Shown: positions 38,882 to 49,608 of the stretch, in pieces
How positions within the stretch are numbered: the first letter of the stretch is position 1
How the letters are laid out: the number at the start of each line of letters is the position of its first letter
Origin: an uncultured Planctomycetota bacterium
GTDB lineage: Bacteria > Planctomycetota > Planctomycetia > Isosphaerales > Isosphaeraceae
Direction of reading: 5' to 3'
DNA length: 64,000 bases
NCBI GenBank assembly: GCA_963737655.1
Contig: CAVTTN010000002.1
Coordinates: forward strand, 6,432,001 to 6,496,000
Made by a program: the position numbers and the translations under genes
The notes under the pieces: generated by a model
Seen by the model: the letters and a program-made list of their open reading frames with translations, nothing else
The model's database searches: none
Told to the model about the DNA's origin: nothing

Positions 38882-40679
38882 GTGCCGCGCGCCTCGAAGA
38901 AGACCGCCTTCGCCCCCATGGCGATCCTCCCCGGGATCGCCGTGAGCCCCGGGATCGCCATCGGCCCGACCCTGGCGCTGGACCCCGCCGGCTTCGCCCT
39001 GCCGGCCCGCGCCATCGCCGCCGAGGCCGTCGTCCCCGAACTCCAGCGCCTGGACCTCGCCCTGGACGCCGCCCGGATCGGCGCCGAGGCCGCCGAGGCC
39101 GACGCCCGGTCCCGGCTCGGGCCTCAATATGCCGACATCCTCGGGGCCCACGCCCGGATGATCTCCGACCCGTCGCTCCGCCGCGACACCAGGAGGGCCG
39201 TCGAGTCCGGCCGGGTCGCCGCCGAGCACGCCGTCCGGGACGTCCTGGAAGGGCACGCCGCCCGTCTCGAAGGGCTGGCCGACGCCCACCTCGCGGCCCG
39301 AGCGGCCGACGTCCGCGACATCGAGGGCCGGATCCTCGCCGCCCTGGCCGGCGGAGACGCCCGACCCTCGGCCGCCATCGCCCCGGATGCCCCCAGCGTG
39401 ATCCTGGCCCACGACCTCTCCCCCAGCCAGACCGCCGGGCTGGACCCCGGCCGCGTCCTGGGGTTCGCCACCGAGGCCGGCGGCCGGACCTCTCATACGG
39501 CGATCGTCGCCGCCGCCCTGGAGATCCCGGCGGTCGTCGGCCTCGGCAAGTTCCTCGACCGGGCCGGGGGCCCGCTCGGCGATCGTCGACGGCGACGAGG
39601 GCCTGGTCGTCCTGGACCCCGACGCCGCCACCCTCCGCAAGTACCGCCGGGCCGCCTCCGAGCGCGCCGCCCGCTTCGCCGGGCTCTCCAAGCTCGCCAA
39701 CCTCCCGGCCGAGACCCGCGACGGCCAGGTGATCCGCCTGATGGGGAACATCGAGTTCCCCGCCGAGGCCGCCGGCTGCCTCGAACGCGGGGCCGCGGGC
39801 GTCGGCCTGTACCGGACCGAGTTCCTCTACCTCAACGCCGACCGCGCCCCGACCGAAGACGAGCAGTTCGCCGCCTACGCGGCCGTGGTCCGCTCCATGG
39901 CCGGCCGGCCGGTCACGATCCGGACCCTGGACCTCGGGGCCGACAAGCTCGTCTCCTATCAGGGAGGGGCCGAGGCGTCGGCGAAGAACCCGTTTTTGGG
40001 GCTGAGGTCCATCCGCCTGTCGCTCCGCGACCCGGCCCTGTTCCGCACCCAGCTCCGGGCGATCCTCCGGGCCAGCGCCCTGGGGGACGTCCGGGTGATG
40101 TTCCCCCTGATCTCCACCCTCGGCGAGTTCCGCCGGGCCCGGGCGATCGTCGACGACGTGGCCGCCGAGCTGAGGGCCGAGGGCGTGGCCGTCCGCGAGG
40201 GTCTGCCCGTCGGCGCCATGATCGAGGTCCCCGCCGCCGCCGTGATGGCCGATCGGCTGGCCGAGGAGGTCGATTTCTTCTCGATCGGCACCAATGACCT
40301 GGTCCAGTACACCCTGGCCGTCGATCGCACCGACGAGACCGTGGCCGACCTGTTCAGCCCGGCCGATCCGGCCGTCCTCCGCCTGATCGCCCTGGTCGTC
40401 GAGGCGGCCCGGCCGAGGGGCCTGGAGGTCACGGTCTGCGGGGCGATGGGCGGGGAGCCGCAATACGTGCCGCTGCTCCTGGGCCTGGGCCTGAGGTGCC
40501 TGAGCATGCCTCCCCACCAGTTGCCCGAGGTCAAGCGAGTGATCCGCGGCCTCGACATGGCCCAGGCCCGCTCGATCGCCGCCGAGGCGCTGAAGCAATC
40601 GACGGCCGAGGCCGTGGTCCTCGCCCTGGGAGGCCCTTCGCCGACCCGTCCCAAGAAACCCGGGGAGCGCGTCGGATGA
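38882..40679 (+). CDS. ptsI: PEP-protein phosphotransferase enzyme I (frameshift near 39568)
   Basis: GIAVSPGIAIG, GGRTSHTAI; next frame IVDGDEG, GVGLYRTEFL, SIGTNDLVQY; alternative start ATG 38918. Confidence 0.92.
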
Positions 40680-41329
40680 GCCAGGACGCCGCCGCCTCCC
40701 CGCCGACCCGGATCCGCCTCAGGTTCGCCAAGGAAGGGGACTTGCGCCTGGTCAGCCACCACGACCTGATGCGCTGCCTGGAGCGGATGCTCCGCCGGGC
40801 CGAGCTCCCGGTGGCGCAAAGCCAGGGGTTCAACCCCCGGCCCAAGGCCACCTTCGCCCTGGCCATGGCGCTGGGCATCGAGGGCCGACGAGAGGTCCTG
40901 GACCTGGAGTTGACCGAGCCGATCGCGCCGGAGGACGTCCTCCGCCGGCTCTCCGAGCAGGCCCCCGAGGGCCTGGTGTTCTCCCGGGCCGAGGCGATCC
41001 CGCCCGGCCGGGCCGCCCGGGTGGTGGCGGCCGAGTATCGCCTGCCGATCCCCGAAGACCGCCGCGACGCCGCAAGAGCCGCCGTCGCCGACCTGATGAC
41101 CCGAGAGTCCCGCCCCTTCACCCGCCGTCGTCCGGACCGCACCGTCGAGATCGACCTGCGCCCGTTCGTCCTCGGGGCCGACCTCGAACCCCACGGAGAC
41201 CTCCATCTCCGCCTGAAGATCGCCCCCGACGGCTCCGCTCGGCCCGAAGAGGTCGTCGAAGCCCTGGGCCTGTCCGACCTGACCGCCTCCGGCGCGATCC
41301 TGGTCCGCTCCGACGTGGAGCTGGCCTGA
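40676..41329 (+). CDS. TIGR03936 radical SAM-associated protein (DUF2344)
   Basis: RLRFAKEGDLRLVSHHDLMR, SQGFNPRPK; typical position before rne/rng. Confidence 0.92.
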   Translation: MSQDAAASPPTRIRLRFAKEGDLRLVSHHDLMRCLERMLRRAELPVAQSQGFNPRPKATFALAMALGIEGRREVLDLELTEPIAPEDVLRRLSEQAPEGLVFSRAEAIPPGRAARVVAAEYRLPIPEDRRDAARAAVADLMTRESRPFTRRRPDRTVEIDLRPFVLGADLEPHGDLHLRLKIAPDGSARPEEVVEALGLSDLTASGAILVRSDVELA

Positions 41330-41350
41330 CTCGGTCGTCGTCCGTTGCCA

Positions 41351-41531
41351 GTTGTCAGTCCTCAGTCGTCATGGAGAAGTCGTCAGTCGTCAGTCCACCG
41401 ATCCGAGGACGCTTCCTCCGACTCGTCCCTCCCGATCGTTGCCTTGCCGGATCGACGACCGGCGCCATACCGCCGAGGTCGTCTCCCTCGACCCATCGAC
41501 GACCGACCGCTGAAGACCGAGGACCGACAAC
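41351..41531. repeat. Imperfect inverted heptamer-like repeats upstream of rne
   Basis: gttgtcagtcctcagtcgtca (41351-41371) vs tgaagaccgaggaccgacaac (41511-41531), 18/21 complementary. Confidence 0.6.
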
Positions 41532-41572
41532 TCTCTCCTCCACCAAGCCAAGCCCACAGAAAGACCGACCGC

Positions 41573-44500
41573 ATGAAGAAAGAAATGCTGATCAACGTGC
41601 TCCAGCCCGAGGAGTGCCGGATCGCGATCGTCGAGGATGGCATCCTGGAAGAGCTTTACGTCGAGCGAACCAGCCACGAGAGCTATACCGGGAACATCTA
41701 CAAGGGCAAGATCGTGAACCTCGAACCGGCCATCCAGGCCGCGTTCGTCGATTTCTCGGTGGGTCGCAACGGGTTCCTCCACGTCTCGGACGTCGAGCCC
41801 CAGTATTACCGCCGACTGATCAACGAGGACGCCGAACTCGGAGCCCGGGACCGGGGCCGCGAACCCCGCCGGGAGGCCCGAGACCCCCGAGACCGCGACG
41901 AACCCCGGAGGGCCGAGGAGAAACCCGCCCGGCCCGCCCCTCCGCCGCCGTCCTACCCCGACGATCGGTTCTGGGACCGCGAACGCCCGGACCGCTCCGA
42001 AAAGGGCCGCCGCGACAAGACCGACCGCCGGTTCGGCGAGGGCCTGGTGGACGATTGGGACCTCCCGCCGCCCCCGCCCCGCCCCTCGCCCGCCCCTCCG
42101 CCGGCCCGAGAGGAGCGACCCGCCCCCGCCGCCCGCCGGCCCGAGCCCGAGGAGCCGCTCTCCTGGTCGCTCCCCAGCCGGGAGCGCGACCGCGAGGCCC
42201 CCGAGCCCGAGGAGCCGAGGTCCCGGATCGGCCGGGCCGCCCCGCCTCCCCCACCGGCCGAGCCGGCCGACCCGCTGGAGGCCGACCTGCCCCCGAGCCG
42301 GACCCAGCGATCCCGGGCCGCCTCGCCCCCGCCGCCGTCCCGCCCCGCCCCGCCTTCGCCGCCCGTCGAACCCGAAGACGTCCCCCGGACCCCCGCCCGG
42401 GACCCCGAGGCCGAACCGCGACGAGGCTGGGGCCGAGGCCGGGCCCGGCCCGCCGAGCTCCTCGAGGCCCGCGCCGAGCCCGAACCCGAGCCCGAACCCT
42501 TCCTCCCCGATCGCGAGCCCGAGCCCGACCCGGCGTTCGACGACGCCGACGCCCCGCCCCGTCGCCGAGGAGGCGGTCGGGCCGCGATCCGCTCCCGAGG
42601 GGCGAGCGCGAGCCGGCCCGCCCCCGGGCCGTCGAACCGCCGGCCGTCGAGAGGCTCCGCGAGCCGGTCGAGGAACCCCTCCCGCCGGACGACGAGCCCG
42701 AGCCGCTCCCCCCGCCGCCCCGGGCCCGCCCGGCCGATCCCGAGGCCCGTCCTCCCCGCCGGGAACGCGGACGGTCCCGGGCCGCCGAGCCCGAAACCCC
42801 CCGGGAACGCGCCGCCCCCCACGACCGCGCCGGAGAACCCGGCTACATCCCCCGCCGCGAACGCGTCCGGCCGCCCGAAACCGCCGCCTTCGACGTCCCG
42901 GCCGAACCCGCCTCCTGGCGGGCCCCGAGCCCGAACCCGCCCCCCTCGACGAGTTCGCCCGGATGCTCGAACGCGACGACGACGCCGACGCCGAACCCGG
43001 CGAGGACGAGGCCGGGGCCCGGGGCGAAGGCCCCCGCCGCCGCCGTCGCCGACGGGGCCGCCGCCGAGACCGGCCCGAGGTCGAGGCCAAGGCCGGCGCC
43101 GAGCCCGATCTCGATCGCGACGAGGACCTCGAACCCGACGAGGACTTCGAGTCCGTCCCGCCGCCGCCCCCGGCCCGTCCCGCCCGGCGAGCCGCCCCGG
43201 CACCGCCCCCGCCTCCGGCCTTCCTCGACGAGCCCGCCGAGGACCTCGGCCGGGAGGACTTCGACTTCGGCGACGAGGACGACGACGAGGGCGGACTCGC
43301 CGCCCTCCACGATGACTCCGCCGACCTCGAACCGGCCGAACCCGACGAGGAAATCGACCCCGAACTCGAGGAAGAGATCCGCCGCGAGATCGAGGAGATC
43401 ACCGAACTCGAACGAGAGATGGGACTTCGGGGAACCACCGAGGCCCGCCCCCGTCGCGGGGACGCCGCCGGGCCCGAGCCGGCCGGTCGAGGCCCCCGGG
43501 GCGCCCCCAGGGGCCGCGGCCTCAGCAAGCCCCCGATGCAGGACATCTTCCGCCGAGGCGATGAAGTCCTCGTCCAGGTCATCAAGGAGTCGATCGGCAC
43601 CAAGGGGCCGACCCTCTCCACCTATATCAGCATCCCGGGACGCTATCTCGTGTTGATGCCGGGTTTGAACCGCGTGGGCGTCTCCCGGAAGATCGCCGAC
43701 GAGGGCCAGCGCCGCCGCCTCCGCGAAATCATGAACGCCCTGAACCCCCCCAAGGGCCTGGGCTTCATCGTCCGGACCGCCGGGCTGGACCGCACCAAGC
43801 GCGAGCTGGCCCGGGACCTCGCCTACCTCCTCCGGCTCTGGAAGGTCATCCTCCGCCGGATCAAGAAGGCCAAGGCCCCGGCGCCGATCTACCAAGAATC
43901 GGACATGATCACGCGGACGATCCGCGACATCTTCAACGCCGAGATCGACACGATCTGGATCGACGAGCCCCAGGCCTTCGAACGCGCCCAGGAATTCCTC
44001 CGCGTCGTCATGCCCAAGTTCGTCACCCGGCTGAAGTTCTACGACGACAAGGTGCCGCTCTTCCACAAGTATGGATTGGAAGCGGAGATCGCCAAGATCC
44101 AGAGGAGGCGGGTGGACCTGCCCGAGGGCGGCTCGATCGTGATCGACCCGACCGAGGCCCTGGTCGCCATCGACGTCAACTCGGGCAACTTCCGGGTCGA
44201 GAACGACGCCGAGAAGACGGCCTACGAGATGAACCTCCGGGCCGCCAAGGAGATCGCCCGCCAGCTCCGCCTCAGGGACCTCGGCGGGGTGATCTGCAAC
44301 GACTTCATCGACATGCGCGACGAGCGCAACCGCCGAGGCGTCGAAAAAGCCCTGAGAGACGCGATCAAGCGCGACCGGGCCCGCACGAAGATCCTCCGGA
44401 TGAGCCAGTTCGGCATCATCGAGATGACCCGCCAGCGCATCCGGCCCAGCCTGAAGCGCTCGGTGTACGAGGACTGCACCCACTGCGGAGGCGCCGGCGT

Positions 44501-44795
44501 CGTCAAGACGGCCGAGAGCATGGCCATCGACGTGATGAGGCTGCTCGCCCTGGCCTCGCACCGGGAGGAGATCCGCCGGGTGAACGTGAGCGTCTCCCCG
44601 GCCGTGGAGACGTATCTCAACAACCGGAAGCGTCGAGAGATCGCCAAGATCGAGGTCGAGGCGAACCTCACGATCCACGTCCGCTCCGAGGAAGACGCCC
44701 CCGGAGAGCACCTCCAGCTCGACTGCTTCGACGCCCAGAATAACGAAGTCAGGATCTTGCCAGCGCCCCCGCCGCCCCCGCGCCGGGGACGGTGA
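41573..44795 (+). CDS. rne: Ribonuclease E/G with very long low-complexity insertion (two frameshifts, near 42570-42600 and 42945)
   Basis: MKKEMLINV, GNIYKGKIVNLEPAIQAAFVD; later VQVIKESIGTKGP, AIDVNSG, QLRLRDLGG, DFIDM, CTHCGG. Confidence 0.92.
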
Positions 44796-44863
44796 GGCGT
44801 CCTCCAACTTCGAGACCGGCCGCGGGTCTCACGGATCCTGTAGGTATTTAGCGGCTCGGGGGC

Positions 44864-44946
44864 GGTCCCTGTAGGGTCCGCCATTGCGGACCTCTTCGGT
44901 CACGGCATGATCGAAGAGGTCCGCAATGGCGGACCCTACAGGGACC
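44864..44946. repeat. GTAG-type REP doublet (REPIN-like)
   Basis: Perfect 35-bp arms 44864-44898 / 44912-44946. Confidence 0.9.
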
Positions 44947-45244
44947 ACATCGTCTGGCGCTAAACATGTACCCCGCTCCTTGTCGCTGAGGCCGGCGATT
45001 ATTGATATTCATAAAAATATTTCGATTTTCAAGCCGTAGGCGGACGATTCAGCGGCCACCGACGCGCCGAGCCGGTGACCCTGATCATTCCGGTCGCGGA
45101 GGGAACTTTGAGGCTGGGATGCGGGAGCCCCTCGGATAATATGAGGGTGAGGCCGACGAATAGGTTTCGAGTTGGGCCGCGGATCGCCCCGAAGGCTATG
45201 CCCGACATCACCTGATCGGCAATTGCGGGATATTGGAGGTGGCC

Positions 45245-46879
45245 ATGTCGGCTCGCGTCCTCATGATCGCGGCGGCCCTGCTCGGTTTGGCGACGGTCGC
45301 CCCGGCTCGGGCCGACGACCCGCCCGTCAAGTTCGACGCCGCGGCCGTCCACCCCTGGACCGAGATCCAGCCACCGGCCGCGAAGGACGGCGGCAAGTCC
45401 GATCACAAGGCGGTCCTGATCGTCATCCCGGTCTCGGCCAACTTCAAGTCCAGGGCGGCCGAGGACCGGGTGGACACGGTTCGCTACAGCCTCCGCGTGC
45501 CCGACGATGCCGACGTCATCGACTTCCTGCCCAAGACCCGGATGGGCAGCGTCATCGACGGCTCGGTGAAGGTCGCCGCGGGCGAGACCGTCCAGACCGA
45601 CGTGAAGGTCAAGTGGGGCGCGCAGGGCGGCGCCGGCCTCGGAGGCGACATCTACGGCTGGAAGCTGAACCTCGGCGCGAGCGGGAGCCACGCCAAGGAG
45701 ACGGACGAGTTTCAGGGCCGCGCCACGAGCGTCCAGTACAGCTACCGCCCCGACTTGCAGAAGGTGGTCGTCGCCGGGCACGAGGACAACCAGAAGGTCC
45801 TCTACTGGGACATGAACAAGTTCGGCCAGGTGACGCGCGCCGGCAGCCAGGAACTCGCCGTCCTCGTCGTGGTCCCCAAGGACCGGACCGAGATGGCGAT
45901 CAAGCTCTCCTGCTCGGCCAAGGAGGGGGACGCGATCGTGGCGGACGCCGAGCGGACGGTGGCCGTCTACCTCAGCGGCGACGGCGACGCCCGGAAGCGG
46001 GCCAATGCGCTGGTCGCCAAGGCCAACGGCCCCGCCACCCGGCCCGAGATCACGACGAATACCCTCGGCATGAAGTTCGCCGCCATCCCAGAGGGCGAGT
46101 TCGACCTCGGCTCGCCCCCCAAGGATCAGGACGCCGACGCCGAGGACTCCGAACGCCCTCGGCACCGGGTCAAGGTCTCGGCCTTCCGTCTGGGGGTCAC
46201 CGAGGTGACGGTCGGCCAGTTCCGTCGGTTCGTCGAGGAAACCGGATACAGAACCCGCGCGGAGCGGCAGGGCGACGCATCGACATGGCGGAAGCCCGAA
46301 TTCGAGCAGACCGACGCCCATCCGGTCGTCGAGGTCACCTGGACGGATGCCGTGGCGTTCTGCAACTGGCTGAGCCGATTGGAAGGCCGCAAGGAGGTCT
46401 ACAAGACCGAAGGCGACCACGCCACGGTCCCCAATTGGTCGGCCGACGGATATCGCCTACCAACCGAGGCCGAGTGGGAATACGCCTGCCGCGCGGGGAC
46501 CAAAACCCGGTTCTCCTGTCCTCCCGGCGAATTGGGCCGATATGCTTGGTTTTTCGAGAACGCGGGCGGCCACACTCATCCCGTGGGCGAGAAACTCCCC
46601 AGTCGGTTTGGCCTCTACGACATGCACGGAAATGTCTTCGAGTGGTGCTGGGATGGGTACCATTCCAACAGCTACCATCGGCCGTCGGGCTTGCCTGCCG
46701 ACCCGCGCGGACCTTCCGAGGCGTCGCACCGGATCGTCCGGGGAGGTGGCTGGGTCGATGAGGGCAAGTACTGCCGGTCGGCGTACCGGAATTGGTTCGA
46801 GCCCTCGCATCGGAGCGAATACCTGGGCTTCCGGCTCGCGGTAAGTCCGTCGGAGGCCAAGCCGAGCCCGGGCGAGTGA
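45245..46879 (+). CDS. Secreted protein: unknown beta-rich domain + FGE-sulfatase (C-type lectin fold) domain
   Basis: GGAGG RBS; signal peptide; TEVTVGQF, YRLPTEAEWEYACRAG, FGLYDMHGNVFEW, RGGGW, LGFRL. Confidence 0.9.
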   Translation: MSARVLMIAAALLGLATVAPARADDPPVKFDAAAVHPWTEIQPPAAKDGGKSDHKAVLIVIPVSANFKSRAAEDRVDTVRYSLRVPDDADVIDFLPKTRMGSVIDGSVKVAAGETVQTDVKVKWGAQGGAGLGGDIYGWKLNLGASGSHAKETDEFQGRATSVQYSYRPDLQKVVVAGHEDNQKVLYWDMNKFGQVTRAGSQELAVLVVVPKDRTEMAIKLSCSAKEGDAIVADAERTVAVYLSGDGDARKRANALVAKANGPATRPEITTNTLGMKFAAIPEGEFDLGSPPKDQDADAEDSERPRHRVKVSAFRLGVTEVTVGQFRRFVEETGYRTRAERQGDASTWRKPEFEQTDAHPVVEVTWTDAVAFCNWLSRLEGRKEVYKTEGDHATVPNWSADGYRLPTEAEWEYACRAGTKTRFSCPPGELGRYAWFFENAGGHTHPVGEKLPSRFGLYDMHGNVFEWCWDGYHSNSYHRPSGLPADPRGPSEASHRIVRGGGWVDEGKYCRSAYRNWFEPSHRSEYLGFRLAVSPSEAKPSPGE

Positions 46880-47027
46880 ACAGGGCCGGGGTGCGGAGCC
46901 GGGATCACTCAGGCCTCGAGATCGGTGCCACTCCGGCGGAGCCGGACCCTGGAGCGGAGGCTCGCACCCGGTTCGCGATGCGGAACGGCGGCGCCCGAGG
47001 GGCTTCGATCCGCGGGGAATTCCCGAG

Positions 47028-47369
47028 TTAGCTTCCGAAGTCCCGGCCGTCCCGGCGCGAGGGATGCCACTCCTCGTCCGGACCGAGGAGGCGAACGCCT
47101 GGTTCCGCGCGACCGGGGCGGGGTTCCCTCGCGCCTGGCCGATCGAGGATCTCTCGGATCGGGGGCCGCCCTGGGTCGAGGGCCGACAGGTGGTCCAGGG
47201 CGAAGGCGTTCAGGTCGCGGAGATCCTCGTCGGTCCAGGCATCGGAGTCGTCCACTTCGGGGGTTAGCGGGGGGATCAGGTCCTGGAGGATCATCGCCGC
47301 GAGCCGGAGGCGTTCGGGGGGCGGTAGGTGGCGGATGCTCGCCGAGTAGATCTCTTGAGCCGTCGTCAT
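47028..47369 (-). CDS. Small hypothetical protein, antitoxin-like
   Basis: AAGGAGG RBS; IRHLPPPERLRLAAMIL...SDAWTDEDLRDL. Confidence 0.6.
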   Translation of the reverse strand: MTTAQEIYSASIRHLPPPERLRLAAMILQDLIPPLTPEVDDSDAWTDEDLRDLNAFALDHLSALDPGRPPIREILDRPGAREPRPGRAEPGVRLLGPDEEWHPSRRDGRDFGS

Positions 47370-47640
47370 CGGGCGACCTCCTTCGATCGGACTTCAGGAT
47401 ACGTGACGAGTCGTTCGGAGAACAGGATCCACCTTGGTCCGATCGGGGTCCGCATGTTTGGAGGATTGGCGATCGATCGACCGAACGATGGCGTTCGGCC
47501 AGATCACCTGGGCGTTTTCCGAACGGCGATCCGGGCGGGAGGGCGGTTGCGGGGGGCGGGGCGTCTCGGGTATCGTCGCCGGCCGGGTCGAGGGATTTTC
47601 TTCAGGGATGGCCTGGTCTTGATTTCGAGATGGGGATCGC

Positions 47641-48687
47641 ATGCCGATGATGCCGATGATCCGGCTCGCCGCCGTTCTGGCCGTCTCGCTGGGAGTGCTC
47701 TCGGGGACTCGGGGGGACGATGCGGAACCCTCGACCCGCGAGGCGATCGATTCCGCGTATCGGGCGGCCGTCTTGCAGGCGGATCGGCTCCATCTCCAGA
47801 GATTGGCCAAACTTGCGGCGACCCAGCCGAAGGATGAGGCGGCCCGGACCTATGAGGACCTGTTCCGCTCGGCCATCGGTCGGGGGCTGCCGGTCGAGGT
47901 CGAGGCTGCCGCCGATCGGGTCCTGGCGGGGGAAGACGCTCCGGCCCGGGTCCAGTTCCTGGCCCACGTGGTCCGGGTGTTCGCCCGGGTCGATCGCGGG
48001 GCGTATCGCGAGTCGCTCGACGCCGTCCTCGCCGCCGCCCGCGCCGGCCGGGCCGAGGGCGGGAAGGCCGGGGCCGTCTTGCCGGCGGAGACCCGGCTCT
48101 CCCTCGTGGATTCGTACTTCCAGAAACTCGTTCGTGCGGGCCAGTTTGGGTTGGCCAAAGAAGCGATGGAGGCCATCGCCGGCTCCGCCGAGCATCCGGC
48201 CGTCCGCGACCTGGCCGCCAACCGGCTCCGCCAGGTCAGCCTTGTCGGGAAGCCGGCGCCCCCGATTGAGGGGAAGGACGTGGACGGCCGGGCCGTCAAG
48301 CTGGCCGACATGAAGGGGGACGCGGTCCTGGTCGTCTTCTGGGCGACGTGGAACGTGCCCGACGCCCAGAACGTGGCGATCCTGGCCCGGCTCCATGACG
48401 CCAACCGGGCCAAGGGGTTCCGCGTGATCGGCGTGAACCTGGACGCCCTCCAGGAAGGCGGGACCCCGGCCGAGGCGGTCGCGGCGGGCGTCCGCCGGTT
48501 CCTGTTGAATTACAACGTCCCCTGGCCGACCCTGATCGACGCTCCCGGCGAAGGCGGGATCGCGACGGCCTATGACGTGACCCAGGTGCCCTCAAGCTAC
48601 CTGATCGGCCGGGATGGCAAGGTCGTCGACCTGATGCTCAGCCCGGCGAACCTGGAAGCCGCCGTGACCAAGGCCCTCGCCCGTTGA
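47641..48687 (+). CDS. TlpA/redoxin-fold protein lacking CxxC
   Basis: VGKPAPPIEGKDVDG, VVFWATWNVPD, VIGVNLD, PSSYLIGRDGKV; signal peptide. Confidence 0.85.
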   Translation: MPMMPMIRLAAVLAVSLGVLSGTRGDDAEPSTREAIDSAYRAAVLQADRLHLQRLAKLAATQPKDEAARTYEDLFRSAIGRGLPVEVEAAADRVLAGEDAPARVQFLAHVVRVFARVDRGAYRESLDAVLAAARAGRAEGGKAGAVLPAETRLSLVDSYFQKLVRAGQFGLAKEAMEAIAGSAEHPAVRDLAANRLRQVSLVGKPAPPIEGKDVDGRAVKLADMKGDAVLVVFWATWNVPDAQNVAILARLHDANRAKGFRVIGVNLDALQEGGTPAEAVAAGVRRFLLNYNVPWPTLIDAPGEGGIATAYDVTQVPSSYLIGRDGKVVDLMLSPANLEAAVTKALAR

Positions 48688-48721
48688 GCTCCGTTTCTTG
48701 ACGGACCGGCGTGCCAGGGTG

Positions 48722-48763
48722 GTTGGGTGGCATGCTTACGAGGACGTAAGCATATCACCCAAC
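48722..48763. repeat. GGGTGGCATGC-type palindrome between convergent genes (possible bidirectional terminator)
   Basis: gttgggtggcatgcttacg agga cgtaagcatatcacccaac. Confidence 0.7.
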
Positions 48764-48777
48764 ACTTTGATGACCGC

Positions 48778-49542
48778 CTAGCGACGAGGGGCCGGAGGAA
48801 TGGGCGGCGCCGGTGGGATGGCTGGCGCCGGAGGGATCGTCTTGGGGACGGACGCCGCCATCTCCAGGTTGGTGTAGAGCGACATCAGGAAGACGTGGAA
48901 CGTGTCGGCGACGGCCGGGGTCTTGGTCTTGCGGACGAAGTCCAGCGCGGGTCGTCCGTAATCCAGGAGCTTGCGGCGAGCGTCCGTGACGGCGGAGACC
49001 GGCGCGATCCCCTGGGCCTGGTACTCCTTGAGGACCAGGGCCACGGCCTGATCGGACAGCGAGCGAGCCGGCAGGAGGTCGGTCCCAGCCGGGGCGTCGG
49101 CGATCCAGACGAATTCGCCGTAGCGATTGAAGAAGTTTCCGAGCGACACGGTCCTCGGCGGGGGCGGTGCCGACGCCTGGGCCGAGGTCGCGGTCGCGGC
49201 CGGCGCCGATCGGCGAGGGGCGGGGGTCTCGGGGTGGCGGGCCACTCGCTCCTCGATCGCCCGGCGGGTCGCCACGTCGTAGCTCATGAATTGCTGGTAA
49301 CCGGCCTGGTCCATCGCCTCCACGGGAGCGACCACGCCTCCCCCTCCGCCGCCGGAGCGGGCCGAGTAGGCGGCCTGGCCCGCCTGGAGCGACCTCTGGT
49401 CGATCGCCTTGGCCACAACGCCGCCGTTCTCGGGGTTATAAAGCCCCCAGCCGCCCCAGAACTGGGCCTCGGCCCGGCCCGGACCGAACGCGAGCGCCAG
49501 GAACAGGGTCATCGCGCCGCATCGCATCGCCTGGTTGCCCAT
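48778..49542 (-). CDS. Secreted hypothetical protein
   Basis: Signal peptide ending RAEA-QFWGGWG; Pro-rich C-terminus; start uncertain. Confidence 0.7.
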   Translation of the reverse strand: MGNQAMRCGAMTLFLALAFGPGRAEAQFWGGWGLYNPENGGVVAKAIDQRSLQAGQAAYSARSGGGGGGVVAPVEAMDQAGYQQFMSYDVATRRAIEERVARHPETPAPRRSAPAATATSAQASAPPPPRTVSLGNFFNRYGEFVWIADAPAGTDLLPARSLSDQAVALVLKEYQAQGIAPVSAVTDARRKLLDYGRPALDFVRKTKTPAVADTFHVFLMSLYTNLEMAASVPKTIPPAPAIPPAPPIPPAPRR

Positions 49543-49608
49543 CGTGGCCGGCCCCCTTCGCCCCATGTGTCCGGCTGGATCATAGCCCGGCCGGGCCTGC
49601 TTCACAAC

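Noticed and set aside
39550..39600. Programmed frameshifting in ptsI or the other split genes
   Set aside because: No slippery heptamer or shared signal; the pattern fits homopolymer indel errors
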